Positions 31,185 to 45,100 of a stretch of 64,000 nt of DNA are shown piece by piece. The first letter of the stretch is position 1. Each line of letters opens with the position of its first letter. This DNA comes from Lobosporangium transversale (taxonomy: Eukaryota), in contig NW_019028980.1 of assembly GCF_002105155.1 (NCBI RefSeq), positions 248,001 through 312,000 on the forward strand, written 5' to 3'. Both the position numbers and the translations under genes were made by a program. A model generated the notes under the pieces. That model was not told the DNA's origin. It did no database searches and worked only from the letters and a program-made list of their open reading frames with translations.

Positions 31185-31222
<38 letters not shown>

Positions 31223-33374
31223 CATCCATTATTTATACAGATCTTCTTCAATTTCGACAAGCATTAGCAACTTTGACAATGCAGGTCGATGAACTAGAGC
31301 GTATTAAGTTGGGATACTACTTTAGTAACTTGGAAAGTGAACAAGCCAATTTACAGCTTATTCTTCAAAAGACTTCCACCATCGTCAGAGCAGAGGTGGA
31401 TATTTATGAACGTATTGCCAGCAAAGGATTGAATGATTCAATTCTAGAACCTGTAAGGACTTTATTTTTTTTTTGTTTGTTTATTTGTTTTGTTAAAAGT
31501 ACACTATTCAAAGTTAAAAGCAAATTCGGTTTGTCCCCATGCTGGGTTACTGATCTTCTCTTACATATTATTTTTTTATAATTATAATCTTATTATTACT
31601 TTAGATGACAACCCAAGGGCCTGACCCTTACTTCATCTATCCAACAACAGAGGAATTTTCGTCTATATTCTCAATTCTTCCTTCTACACCCATCATTCCA
31701 ACCACAGGAGCAGGGGCCACTGGGACAATCACACCACAACCAGATGCCATCATGTCCAGCTTTTATGGTTATCATGAGAATAACCCATTCTCAACCGCAC
31801 GGAATTTAAATAATAGCACAACAAGAGATCGTCATCTCTTTGGAGACGCCTCGTCAATTGAATCCAAAGAAGAATCGGTCCTGAAGAAAGCAGCCACCAT
31901 TGTATCAATAGGACAGCAACATAAGCCTCCAGCACTAGATAGCAAATCCAATGCTACCACTGTTACCACCACTACTTCTACCACTTCTACCACTACAACC
32001 ACCACAGCCGCATCTATTGCCACAAGAAAAGATACTGCTTCAGCCTCACTATCTTCTAATGATCAAAAGAGAGCAGGAAAAGGTAACCAGGTCCAAGCTA
32101 TAGAGACAATATCCGAGGAATCAGACAAGAGTGCATCATCATCAGAGAAGACAAGACAAGCTTTTGGAACGAGGAGTGATGAGGGGGATGATTCGAGTAA
32201 TTCGACCGCAAAACAAGAATCGAAACAGTCTGAAGAATCCTCAGGAGAGGCGACAGTAACGGAGAACCAAGCGTCTACTTCACACTCAACCCAAAATGGT
32301 CATAACGAGACATCCACGACACGGAGTAGCAATGGCGTGGATCTCCAGGCAGGGAAGCAGCATCATCGTAACCAAACGGCTACATCCCCATCCGTTTCCG
32401 CACCTGCTACGCCAAGCGAACCTGCTTCATCGGTTCGATCTCATTCACTTAGATCTCGCTCTGGATCCCGGTCACATCTGCTAGCCTCAACGCCAGATTC
32501 ACCTCCTGTCCGAGGGATGATCCATATCGGTCAGGATTCAGAGCTGTTGAACAACCGAGACTTTTCATTTTCATATGAGCCCTCTGAATTATTGGAACAG
32601 CGGAACATGCATTCACAATTGAACTTGAGTCGTCATGGAGCTCATAATGGACTCCAACCATTTGCATTTCATGAGTTGGAAGAAGAAGAAGGCGGCTTTG
32701 GAGCTACACCTCCGACGAGGCTCATGCGGACCACTCATTCGTCACCCTCTTCACAACAGCATCACCCAGGTCATAGCCATAGCCAGAGCAATAGCCCTAG
32801 CGCTAGTCAGACCCATAGCCGCAACCATAGCCACCATCTACAGGGTCTTCGGCATCACTCTAGCGATGGACAACTCAGCCAAAGCTCTTCTTCCGTTCTG
32901 AGCAGCGTAGGTAGCACTCACAGTGGATTGAGCCTTCACGGCACTCTTCAACATCGTCGGAGCACAGGACGGATAAAGACAGATTTGGAAACAGCGGCCA
33001 ATATGTTTGACAAGTCACTGGATGAACCTTTTTTGCCTTCAATGACCGCTAGAGGACCGACAGCATCAGAGGATCGTCTTCGAGAGATGAGACGAGGCTT
33101 TGATGACGGTATGCCAGCGTTTTTTCCAGATGAGATAGATTTGCCATCTCAAAACTCTCAACCACGGTCACTGCATGGCTTTGGAAGCGGAAGTGCAAGT
33201 GGAAATGCAAGTCGTCGACAAAGTGGATTTGATCAAGACATGGATAAGACTTTCGATACGTCTCCACCATCATCAGTCTCTAATCGCCCACCAAGTGTCG
33301 TCGAGTCTATTCGTATGGCAGATGGTAGCAGCAAGAACGTGAGCATGACCAACGTCAATGAGATTGCAGCTTGA
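29321..33374 (+). CDS. IVY1: Ivy1-like I-BAR/IMD-domain protein with a long disordered S/T/H-rich tail (exons 29321-29594, 29729-29790, 29885-30056, 31241-31452, 31605-33374)
   Basis: LLTNAKAYRLQMLALSKAAANFGYALEK, LQAAAGLHYLMSNHHQIL-SDTLYKQFEIPLL, RQR-DLLQFRQALATLTMQVDELERIK and RAEVDIYERIASKG are typical of the fungal Ivy1 IMD domain. Intron 3 must be GC-AG to keep the frame. Confidence 0.82.
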
Positions 33375-33547
33375 AAAGCTTATTTTAATCGCATATTTGA
33401 ATTCAAAAAAATGTATATTACCTTCAAATAATAATAATAAAAAAAAAATAAAAAAAAATATCGCTTGAAAGACAGCTTCTATTTATTATTATTACTATTT
33501 TTCTTTTTTCCTCTATCTTATTAAAAAAGCCTGTAACATGACTAAAA

Positions 33548-36128
33548 CTACATAACCTTGCAATTTTCATCTTCTGGTCCTTGTCCACCTTGTCGTCCTC
33601 GCTCATGACGGACTCGGCGCATAGCACCCAATTTCTTCATATCAGTCAGGCGCTTCTTTGCACGACCGTTACCCTGCGCAGCTGAGCGCAGATACCACCG
33701 TCTTGCTTCTTCCAGATCCTGCTTTACGCCAATTCCAACCTAAAAAAAAAAAAAAAAAAAAAAAAAGACATTAATTTAAAAATATCAATAAAATAGAATA
33801 AATAAAATAGAATAAAAAGTTTTTTTTTTTTTTTTTTTTTTTTTTTACCTCCGAGTAGTATCCGACAGCGTATTCTGCTCGCGACAATCCTTTATCTGCA
33901 GCCTTACGAGCCCAAAGGTATGCCTCTGTATCACTTTGTTTCAGTACGCCTTCAGAGCCTGTCAAGTACCATCCAGACAATCCCAATTCTGACTCTGCAT
34001 CTCCTTGTTCAGCTGCTCGTGTATACCAAGCAATACTCCTCCTTGGATCCACAGGGCACGTCAGTAGTCCATACTCATAGCAATGTCCCAACTTGTACTG
34101 ACTAGGCGCATAGCCATATCCTGCAGCCTGTGTGAACAGCTCTCGAGCATATGCCTCATCTGGAATTACAGAGGGAATACCAGCCTTCTCAAAACACAAT
34201 CCAAGTTCATGTAATGCATGAGGATTGTCCTCATCTGCATTGGCAGCAGCTCGTTTCAGCCATGTGATCGCTTCCCTTGGATTACTCTGCTGGCCCAACA
34301 AACCCTTCAAGATGACCATACCAAGCTTATACATCGCTGCTGTGTCACCTAAAGAAGCTGCCTTGCGGTAGAACTGCACTGCTCGACTATGATCACGTTT
34401 TGTGCCTGCGCCGAGCTCATGACAAACTGCAGTACGATAGGTCGCTGCAGGGTGGTTCTGCTTTGAGGCCTGGATGTATAAATTGAACGCTTTGTCATGA
34501 TCGATTTGCAGACCCAATGATCCATTACCATAACAGTTAGCCAAAAAGAACTGTGCATCAGGATAAGCAGGCTTGCCCATACCCATTCCCGTCGTTGCCA
34601 GCCGTTTAATGATCTTGAGGCCTTCCATAAATAACGCTTCTTTAGTTTTCTTTTGTCGCTTGGGATCTGGATCATCATTGCCAAACGACACTGCAGCTTC
34701 AATCAAGGCCTTTGCATAGTCTAGTTGAGCTGCAGGATCATTGCTATCTTTAGCTCGTTGACGCATCTCATCCAACAATTCCATTGTCAAAGGTCTCTTT
34801 TTAGGAGCTGGGGCGTTGGGGCGTCCACTGACCATACTACTACCAGAGTCTCCACGGTTTGGCGGCCTCACGCCATAGCCTCCGGGCCCCATAGGTCGTG
34901 GGCCTCCACGACCAGGAGGAGGACCTCTTATCGAAGGCGATGAGTGCAAGTTGGCTCCTCCCATAGGCCCAGGACCACCGGGACCGCCGGGACCAGCCGG
35001 ACCACCAGGACCACCAGGGCCACCAGGATAATATTGTTGAGGATATCCATGTCCAGGAGGACCTCCAGGTCCAGGGGGGCCATGAGGTCTGTATCCACCA
35101 CCATACTCATATCCATTACTGGGGCCAGCATATCCGCCTCCATATTGCTGATGTGGTGGATAATTTGGATCCTGGTAATAGTCTTGTCCACCACCTCCAT
35201 ATTCAGAACCATAGGGCTGTCCATACTGATCACCTTGAGGATCTTGCTGATATCCTCCCTGTGGCGGAAATCCGTTTCCGCCATACCCCCCTGGGCCTCC
35301 TGGGCCTCCTGGGTACTGCTGTTGTTGGTAGCGAGGATCATGTCCTCCAGGGTATTGGCCATAGCCTTGAGGTGGTGGGCCTCTGAAAGGAGGACGCTGA
35401 GGAGGATGTTGATAATCGCCACCAGCATAGCCATAATCCTGGCCACCGTATGCACCACTGTACCCTGCACCATAATCACCATATTCTCCACGTTGACCAC
35501 GACTTGACGATTCCGAATAGGTTGGAGCATTGGGGTTTGCAGCCGCATAGGCACGGACGGCAGAGTGATTTGAATCCACACTAGGTGTTCTCTGTGAAAC
35601 TTGGCCTTCTGATTGGTTGAGTTCAACACCGGGCTCGAATGACGCAGTTTCGCCGCCAGAAGAGGATGCTCCATGTCCATAATCCGAGTCAGCAAAGCGA
35701 GTATCATCTACATAGCCAGACCTTTCGACTGGCTTCTTGGCCTCTGGCTCAGAATAGTGCAAATGCGAAGAATTCAAATCATGGGCATCGTCTGCAGATG
35801 ATGATGGTCCTTGATTGATGTTATTACTTTTATTATTGTGATCATCCAATGAAAGGTTCCCTAGATCCAGATCCAAAGGCACCTTGATAGAATTATCTAC
35901 TGGGCCTGCTACTGCAGGGACAGATCGGTTATCCCATCCACCAGATGTAGTTGAATTGAGTGGATTTGGGCTCTGAGATGGATAGTCTGACTCGTACAAG
36001 TCAAAAGTAGCAACATTGGGTTCATATGTTTCCCGAGGTGGCAAGGGCGAGAGAATGACCTGCGGATGTGATGACGACACGCTGCCATCCATAGCATTGC
36101 GTGAGCTTCCTCTGGCAGGGGTCGTCAT
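33548..36128 (-). CDS. CHS4: Chitin synthase activator Chs4/Skt5-like Sel1-repeat protein (exons 36128-33849, 33739-33548)
   Basis: Sel1 repeats YPDAQFFLANCYGNG, HPAATYRTAVCHELG, HALHELG, SQYKLGHCYEYG, LSGWYLTGSEGVL and AEYAVGYYSE-VGIGV. The last exon ends in the CaaX prenylation box CKVM*. Confidence 0.92.
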
Positions 36129-37627
36129 TTAGGACAAAAAAGATGGCAGAGGAAAGATATTTGAGAAGAAAGGAAAGAGAAAAGGGAAGATGGAGAAGAA
36201 AGGATTGTAATTTTTTTTTTTTTCCTATCTGAATTATCCGTCTTGCCCTGAGTAGATTGTAAAAAAAAAAAAAAAAAAAAAAAAAAGAAAAAAAAGTCTA
36301 GACTATCGTATTGAATGTGAAAAGAAAGGAGATATGATTAGTTATCGAAATGAAGACGAGTGATAACCACAAAAATAAAATGGGAGAGCCAGCTCCTTTT
36401 AAGCTCAAAGGTTTCTATAGCAGACATACACGCACAGGGAGAGGAAGAGAGCAAAGTAGAAGATGATAGAGAGCAAGAAAGAGAAGAATAGAAGCAAAGC
36501 TATTCAAGTGTTATTGTAGACAGTAAAAAAAAAAAAAGATTGTTTGCGTGTTTGATATGTGAGACGTGGTCTGTCCCTGCAGGGGTATCACAAATTAGAC
36601 AAACACCATCTAATCCAATGAACACATTGAACTTTTGTCCCGTACAACCATGCCCAACCCAATGTTGTGTAAACTTTTTGCAAGTAAGCAAAGTACACGC
36701 ATTGTTGTGTATTTGTACTAGCATAAGGAAGGAAGGAAGTTTTTTTTTTTTTCTTCCAATGAAGGATTGAGGAAGACGCAAATAGTTCAGTTAAGCAATT
36801 CAATTGACAGATGATGAAGTGTGTTGTGGGGACAGTAAGCAAACAGACTATATAAACTGTGTGAAATGATGACTGAATTCAGATCAACATGAATGAAAAA
36901 AAAATAAAATAAAATAAAATAAAGCTGCGTTTTTTTTTTTTTTTTTTTTCCATCTTTTAAATATATAAATTATATAAATATGCATTAAGACGATGCAATA
37001 GAGTGTAGGGTAAAAAAAAGAATGATGAGAATGACGCGATGAGATTACCTTCTGACAAGGAAAGAAAAAAGAAAAAGGAGATTCTTCTGGAGTTGCTTGA
37101 AGAAGGAGTGTGAAGGGATGATGGCGATGAGAATTGAACGAAAAGAAGAGAAAGAAAGAACAGAAATAAAGAAGAAGGAAAAGGGCTGAAAAAAGCCAAA
37201 AAAAGAGAAATGAAAAGCAAGAGAGAGCAGAGCTGAACTCTGAGCCCACCGATTTATATTTTTATACGTTTATTATTACTCCTACGCTAAAGTCATGTCT
37301 TCTTTTTTACACTTTTACTTTTTGGAGTTGCGGGCAATGGTGTCAATGGGGGAATACATTGACCATGAGCCACACTTTCTGGATTATATGCATGAACATG
37401 TTTCTATGATACATATCTTTATTTCCTTTGCCTGTGACATGAGCACTCATAAACAAGAAACGGTCACATACCGTTTTGTATATTTTATGCAGTTGTAGTA
37501 GAGAGAAACATGGCGATTGGATCAATCGCAAATATTGTCGTCGTCGTCACTTCTACCTTTTTTTTTTTTTTTTTTTTTTTTCAGTTCTTTACTCTTCGCA
37601 AAATAAGCTACACCGACAAAGAACACC

Positions 37628-38994
37628 ATGTTTCTGGATAAAATTAAACAAAAGTTCGATCTTAGCGTCGTCAAGAATATCGAGCTCGAGGATATGGCCA
37701 TCGACTTCACTGGACCCGACGACTGGACCTCCACCCTTTCATCCGACCATATGATTGCTCGTCTCACCCATATCCCCGGATTCACCTGGCCTATCCAGCA
37801 AGTCCGACTTCGTGTAACTGTCTACTCCGCTACTCATCAACGTTACTGCAATAAAAATAAAAAAATAAATAAAAAAATAAGAAAAAAATGGACTCACCCT
37901 CTCACTCTCTTGTTTTCCTTACATGCACACCCATAGGTCGTTATTCACGTACATGCTTCAATATTTTTTAGAAGAAAAACAATAATAATCACAGCATAAT
38001 ATTAAGCTTGGAATAACATGTGCGCGCGCTTTCTTTTTCTTCGTAGGATAAAGGCATCGACTTGGGTCAACTAGTATCTCCTTATCAACCAGCTTCAGTC
38101 TCTGGGGGCATTGTCACATCCCGTATCTCTAATTCTCTCATGACCATCTTTCAGACATCTACTTCACAAGCTGGCTTCTCTGAATTTGTGGGCGCATTAG
38201 CCACCAAAGATCATCATACCTTTGTTATCAAGGGTTCTGCTGATATCATCTTCAACCTCGGATTTTTAGGGATTCATTCTATTAAGGGTGTTGACTTTTT
38301 GTCAGATTTGACCTTGAGAGGGTTAAATAATCTGCCCGATATCAAGTGTGCTGACATTGTGATTGGAACTTCAGCAACAGGTCTTCCGGAACAACAAAAA
38401 CCTTACGAACTGTTGCTTAAAACAAATTTAGAGATCCATAACCCTAGTCAACTCTCGCTGTCTTTAGGCGATCTCACCCTAGCAGTCTTCTTCCCTTCAA
38501 CTGAGAACCTCAATCAACCCTATACGATTAAGGACCCTAGGCACGAAATAATTGACCAAAACAAAGATCTACAGCGACAGCAACAAGAAGGACAAACACA
38601 GCAGCCACGACAGGAGGAAATACAGCATCAGAGACAGGAGCAAGAACAGGAACCAAGACAAGCTCAAGCGCAACAAGACAGCGATGAAAAACATGAAAAG
38701 CACGGAATGTATGGTCATTACATCGGAACAATTGCGCTGGAGAATTTATCCCTGCAACTCGGAGCTAATAAGGATTGTAGCGCCATCATCAAACTAGATA
38801 CTTCTTTGGATGGGACAAAATTATTTCTCAGGGCCATTGCGTGTGAACCCCAGATAGTGCTCTTGAAAGGATTTCAGCAGACATCTAAAAAGGAAGCCCT
38901 AGCTGCTGGTCTACGATCCTTCGCAACGTCCCTCTTTATTCCAAGCTTTACTCCTCCTCCTCTACCCACACCCATTAAAATTGAGCGTCAATAA
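37628..38994 (+). CDS. DUF3712/LEA_2-like beta-sandwich protein (exons 37628-37813, 37937-37948 microexon, 38047-38994)
   Basis: The spliced product reads ...WPIQQVRLR-VVIH-DKGIDLGQLVSP..., with motifs TFVIKGSADI, DLTLRGLNNL and NLEIHNPSQLSLSLGDL resembling DUF3712-type repeats. Confidence 0.7.
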
Positions 38995-39059
38995 ACTATT
39001 GAATTGTTTTACTTTTTTTATTATTTTTTTATTTATTTGTTTCTTTTCGGTTTCTTTGG

Positions 39060-42000
39060 TTACTGCTGCTGCTGTTGTAATTGAGAGGCACGCCGTCGTT
39101 GCTCCTTAATAATCTGGTCGGCCATTCGCATCAGCTGTGCAAAGTCATAGTGTACATATTTGGCCCAATACTTGTGCCGCGACCACTCCAATGCAGGGTA
39201 CTTCGGACTTGAGATACCATGAAAAATCCTACTCACAATTCGAGGTGAATCCCCCATCATCTTGCTGTTGTTATGGCTCTCTGTAATTGCTGTCTGCTGG
39301 TGCCACAACTGGTTCAAAAACACTTTAAGATCCACCTCTACAGCTGAGCGCCATTTACGTTGTAGATCCCTCACTATATCGACCTCGTAGTTATACAGCT
39401 GAATCGTCTTATCCATCACTCTATCAGACTGGTCATGATTCAAGCTTTCATCCTGATCAAAAAGAGAATCTTCTGCATCCAAACCACCGATGCCCTCGCC
39501 TGATCTCCTTGCAAAGTATTCCTGAATGCCATGTCGCAACACCATCTCGGATTCTGTCACGCCACGGACACCATTAAATGTACGACACCGAGCCTGAACA
39601 ACAGACTTTTTTCTTGCCTTGGCTTCTGCCTTGGCTTGTAATCGCATCTGAATATATTCTGGGTCAATATCCTCATCATATTCGCTGCTTTCATCACCAT
39701 CCCCATCATCTCCATCAAAGCTACCGTTGTTAACTTCCTCATTCTCATCGAAATCCTGTTCCGTGGTCTGAAGAACTTTTTGCTCTTGCCATGTGGGCGT
39801 TGCCACAGACTGGAATAGTTCATAGACTCGATCAATTTTGGCGACACCAACACGCTCCACTGCACAAAGCTTTCGATGCAATCGATCCGCAAGCATCCTG
39901 ATGAAGTCATCATAATCCTTTTCGCTTGTCTCAGAGTTGCGTTCCTGTCCGCCATCTCTATCTATTGTCTCATCAGTAGAATCCACATCCATGTTCATTC
40001 CAACGTTTTCATCCGCCTGCTTTTGTTTCTGTTCCTGCTGCTTTCGAAGCTCCAACATGCACTCCTCAGGCTCCTTTTGGATTTCCACACACAACCCAGG
40101 ATCTGTCAATTCATACACGACCCATTTCTTACGCTTCCATTGTTGAAGCTCCTGAATCAGCTCTGTAAACGACAGCTCACTTTCCTGACACAATGACATC
40201 GTATCACAGCAGTATGCCATCGAGAGAGTGGTCCCTGCAATACCTGCCTTGCCCTTACGTCCTTTTCCAAATGAGGAGCCAGATCCACCTGTGTTATGTC
40301 CTGTCATAACACCTTGCTTCAAAATAATGTCAACCAAGGGAACCTTTTCTGCTAATTCAGAAAGTTCTTCTGCTGTTTGCAAAAATTTTACTGTGCATTT
40401 AGCAGAGATTGATCCTATAACTTTGATTGGTTGAGACGGGTCCAGCTCAATATAACTCAACAATGTTGCAAGAACCTCTTTTTTGATATCAAAATCCTCC
40501 TCCACTAACTCTTCACGGATCACAACAAGTCTCTTTCGCCTTGAATACTTATTGGTCCTTAACAGACTGTTGTCGATTAGTGGGGGAATGACCAATATGC
40601 TGGACGTAGATAAAACAATATTTTGTTCCTTACGGTCGCTTTTTATTCCTGACTTTGATCCGCTGATATTCAGGGCCTGGTGATCATTCTGTTTTCGCTT
40701 TTTAGATCCAGGGTGATTTACGCCATTGTCCTCTGTAGAAGTTCCATCACTGTCTCCATTCTCATCATCATTGTCCTTCATCTGTCCACGCCTTTTTTTG
40801 CTCTTCACTCCGCCGAGTCCTTGAACTGATGAAGAGCTCATAAACCCTCGTCTCGAGAAAAGTTGTCTGATCAATCGCAAAACAGTCCCCCAATCCATCC
40901 CATCTGCATAGGCCAGACTTCTTAATCGGAGATAGTCATCCTGGTTGAGAAACATGTGACAGTAGGCCCTCGCTCCATCACGGCCTGATCGTCCAATCTC
41001 TTGAATATAATTCTCTAATGACTTGGGCATGCAGTAATGGATCACGCTACGGATATTGGATTTGTTAAGCCCCATTCCAAATGCGATCGTAGCGACTAAA
41101 ACCCGAATTCCGCTACCGCCTGTTGATATGCCTGCACCAATAGGCCTTGCACTCAATTGACTTCCAGAGAGTGCACTCTTTTGTGAACTACTGTTCATGA
41201 ATCGCTGCTGGATCCGCTGACGGTCAAGAGCCGATTTTCCAGCATGGTAACTTTCAGCACTGAAATTGCGTACGCGCAGAAACCCTGCAAGTGCGTCCGC
41301 TTGTGATTGTTTCATCACATAGATCAAGATCGAGTCCATTCTCTCAAACCGTGGCGAGTGAAGCAAGTTAAGCAAGGCGGTCTCCCTTTCAATCTCCATA
41401 GACACAGTCATGGCGAGATTCTCACGAATCACCGGCCCAGAAAGTACACCATTGATCCTGTCAATATCCAACATTGCACAAATCGAGTCCTTGGTCCCTT
41501 CTGTCGCCGTTCCTGTCAATCCAAGCACACATGGTGATTTGAGATCCATTTTGAGGACTTGATTCAAAAGCAAATAGGCTGGTCGAAAGTTGTGAGACCA
41601 TTCTGAGAGACAATGCACTTCGTCCACACAGAGGAAAGAAATGCGAGGTAAACGCCTTGCTCGGACCAAGCTTAGAAAAGACTGGCTTTGTAGTTTTTCT
41701 GGAGAAATGAAAAGAATCTTGATGACGTTCGAAGTCAACTTGTCCATAAAATCTTTGAATTGAGCCGGCTGCTCAAAAGGAATATGGTTCATATTGTGAT
41801 AATGTTAAATTCCAAATGACACGCTTTAATACTATATCGATATCTATGGTATCGCTTATTCAATAATTAAAGAAAGGCTAATAAAAGAAAAACTTACCGA
41901 CTGTTCAACGCTTGTCCAACAAGCTCCAACTAGCCTTGGAGGCAGACATTTGACTTGATCATACATAAGAGAGATCATTGGAGAAATCACCAACGTTAGA

Positions 42001-42069
42001 CTTGGTATACCAAGTCTGGAGAAGATGTACGCAGGGAGTTGGTATGAAAGGGATTTTCCACTGCCTGCC

Positions 42070-42107
<38 letters not shown>

Positions 42108-45100
42108 AAAGGGGGGGTCGCTAGCATTTAGTACCTAGCGTGTTGTTACATACTACAAGAAGAATGGTAAGACACGAACCTGTTGGCAGAACGAGCAACG
42201 TCGACTCATAAGCTAGGATTCTCTTAACAGCATCTAACTGCCCTTCCCGGAAAGATGGATAACCCCACACTTTCTTTAAAACATGTTCTAGATTCACTCG
42301 AAAACCCTCAGCAATGCTGTTCTGCGTATCTTCATCGCTATTATACTCGTTTCTCAGCTGTATCTCCTCAATATACTCATCTGGATCGCCAATATCTCCA
42401 AAATGTGACTGCAAATATTTTTTCGAGAGTGTCACAACGTACGGATCAGTAACATCATTGACATTACCATACCACGGTGTGTCATCCTCGTCTTCTTCGT
42501 CATCCTCAATTAACATGTCTTTGTCAGCTAAAGTCATCGCCAGGGCGGCCTCTTCAATATCCTTATCGAACTCCGTGCGCCAACTCTCCTGATCAAATGG
42601 CATTCGGCCGGTACTTGGTCCTCCTGCTCCATAGCCTCTGAATTTCGAGTTCGCGAAACGTGATTTGCCACGAATGCTGCCTTTCTTGAAGCCACGGCCT
42701 TGGAGATTATATGCAACATAATTGCCATCAGCTACAGGGCCTCCAAATTTGCTGGTCGACTGACGGGATCCAACTCGATTTTGACCAGTAGTGGATAGAG
42801 TGCTTCTATCACTTTTGACCATTGGTTTATTCGAGTCACCCCAGCCATATTCCTTAACGCCATCTATAATGCTAGCATCAGCCCCATCTGCCTTAGTTTG
42901 TTCCTGTCTTATGTTTTGTTCTTGAGATATTGTTGCCTCCTCATCGTTATCCTCCTCTTCACTACCTTGCACAGCAGAGTTCGGCGCTTTCCGTGAACGG
43001 GATGAAGGCTTAGTAGCACGCATTGCTGCTTCAGCTTTTTCAGAGGGCGCAACAGCAACTATTTCCATAAACCAGGCGTGAGACATCAAGAATTAAAAGG
43101 CTGCTATGAGTAATATATCCTCATATATAGCTCCAAATCTAAATTCCATCAGTGAAACTTACTTTTGTGAAGACGTGTCGATCTCTTCTGGGTATATCGT
43201 TTTTTTGGCAGTGCTTTACGGGTTGGGCCAAACGGCGTCTGCTCCATCATATCTTGTTCGCTGTTGTAATCAGCCCAGTCTGTGTCATTGCCTTGCTCAA
43301 CGACAACGCCGTTTAGAGGAGCATCCTGAATACTAGTATCATTACTTGAGGCCACCTTAGCCCTAGCATTCTTTTCTTGATGGGTTCCTAAAAATTCCTC
43401 CTCAAATTGTTTATCCTCTTCTTGACTAGCCATAAGCAGAGTAGATCGGATGGTCCGCCTCCTGTAATGCGAATGAAAGCCAGCTGGCACAACAAAGAGA
43501 TCAACATCTGACCTGGCACTTCCAGGAGTTGTCTGAGAAAATGTCAGGCTGGGTTGTTGGCTTGGTGTCCTAGGTACGGTTGAAGTGCGTGAGGGACTTG
43601 ATTGAGTCGGCAACATCAATTCTGCCATGTTTTTGATTGTTCCCGTCATATCAGCCTCAGGTGTTCGAGGGGTGATTTGAACAGCTGAATGTTGGGAGGA
43701 ACTAGCCACATTCCATTCTTCATCAGCACTGAATCCTTGGGAACTTTGCATAGCCAAAGATGATGATACAAGGTCTGCAATGACGGGTGCTGATGGTCTA
43801 GGTATTTTCCTTTGACGCCGGTTGTTCATACCACCAAAGAGTGGTGACGTCCTTGGACGTGTCGGCGATTGGAATGGGTTAGGCAGATGTAGGCTATTTG
43901 TCCTCATTGATGTTGGAGTTCGAGGTGAACGAGAGGGTGTAGTAGAATGAGGCAGCCGCTGGATCGCCGCAGCTCTAATTGTTGGTGATACTGGGAATCC
44001 AGATGAATGCTCTGCATTCTCCGCAACGTGTTCACTGATAGTAAAGAGGTTCGAAGGTGATTTGAGAGAAGGTGATTGAGCCATCGACCTCCTACTGCTA
44101 CCACTCTTTGATGGCGATGGACCATTGGATTTGATCCGCTGTGATTTCGGTGTGCTGATGCCAGCAAGGAACTGATAACGATCTTCTCCACTTTTACTGC
44201 TTCGACTGGGTGACATAAAACCAGCTGTGCTGACGACCTTGCGAGGTGATACAAATTCGACTTCCTGTTTCCTGGATGGTGTTCTCATCCCTGCTGTCGC
44301 ATCATATGTCCGAGACTCCTTTGTTGGAGTCCGAGGCACTGTACTGTCATTTGAGGCTTCAGCATAAGTTGTTTGTCCTGTTGAAGTCTCTGTGGTTTTT
44401 TCTGGCACTTTTGTTTCCTTTGCTGCCAACGCTTTCTTGATCTTTCCATATGTCCTATATTTCTTGACTTGAAATATTATACACGTCATCGATTAGAGTT
44501 TGTTCATGTAAAAAAAAAAAAATTAAAGCTGATGGATCAACAACCTTCAATGCATCCAACTCATCTCAAAACTTACCCATAACGTCATCCTTAGCAATGT
44601 CCTCCTGAGTAGCTGCACGTTGGTGGGTCGCTTTAAAGCTGGCTTCCCAGGCTTTCAATTCTTTCCGGGCCTGCTTCAAATCTTCTGTAGTCACCTTGCG
44701 GTAATCGATTGTATATCCAGAGCGTTGACTCTTTGATCTACTCCGAGATTCAGGCTGTATATGCTGTTGCGATGTACTTGGTGATGAAGGCAGTACAGTC
44801 GTAGGCGTCGGTACATCGGCACTTTGGGATGGTATAGACTCCGTAGAAGTAGTATTAGTACTGGTAATAGTATTAATGTCAGCATTGGATTGCTTTGAAG
44901 GGACCCGATTGATAGAGAGATTTGGTTTGCTGGTTGCCAGGAAAGGATTACTCTCTTCATAGAAGGAGCTGTCGACTATATGAAGAGAACCAGCTGCTGG
45001 ATGAAGGTTTTCATGAGCATCGCCTGCAATGCGCTGTGAGCCTCCTACTCTTCGTGAATTTGAACGAGGTCTTGCGATAGGTCGTGCCTGAATCGGAATG

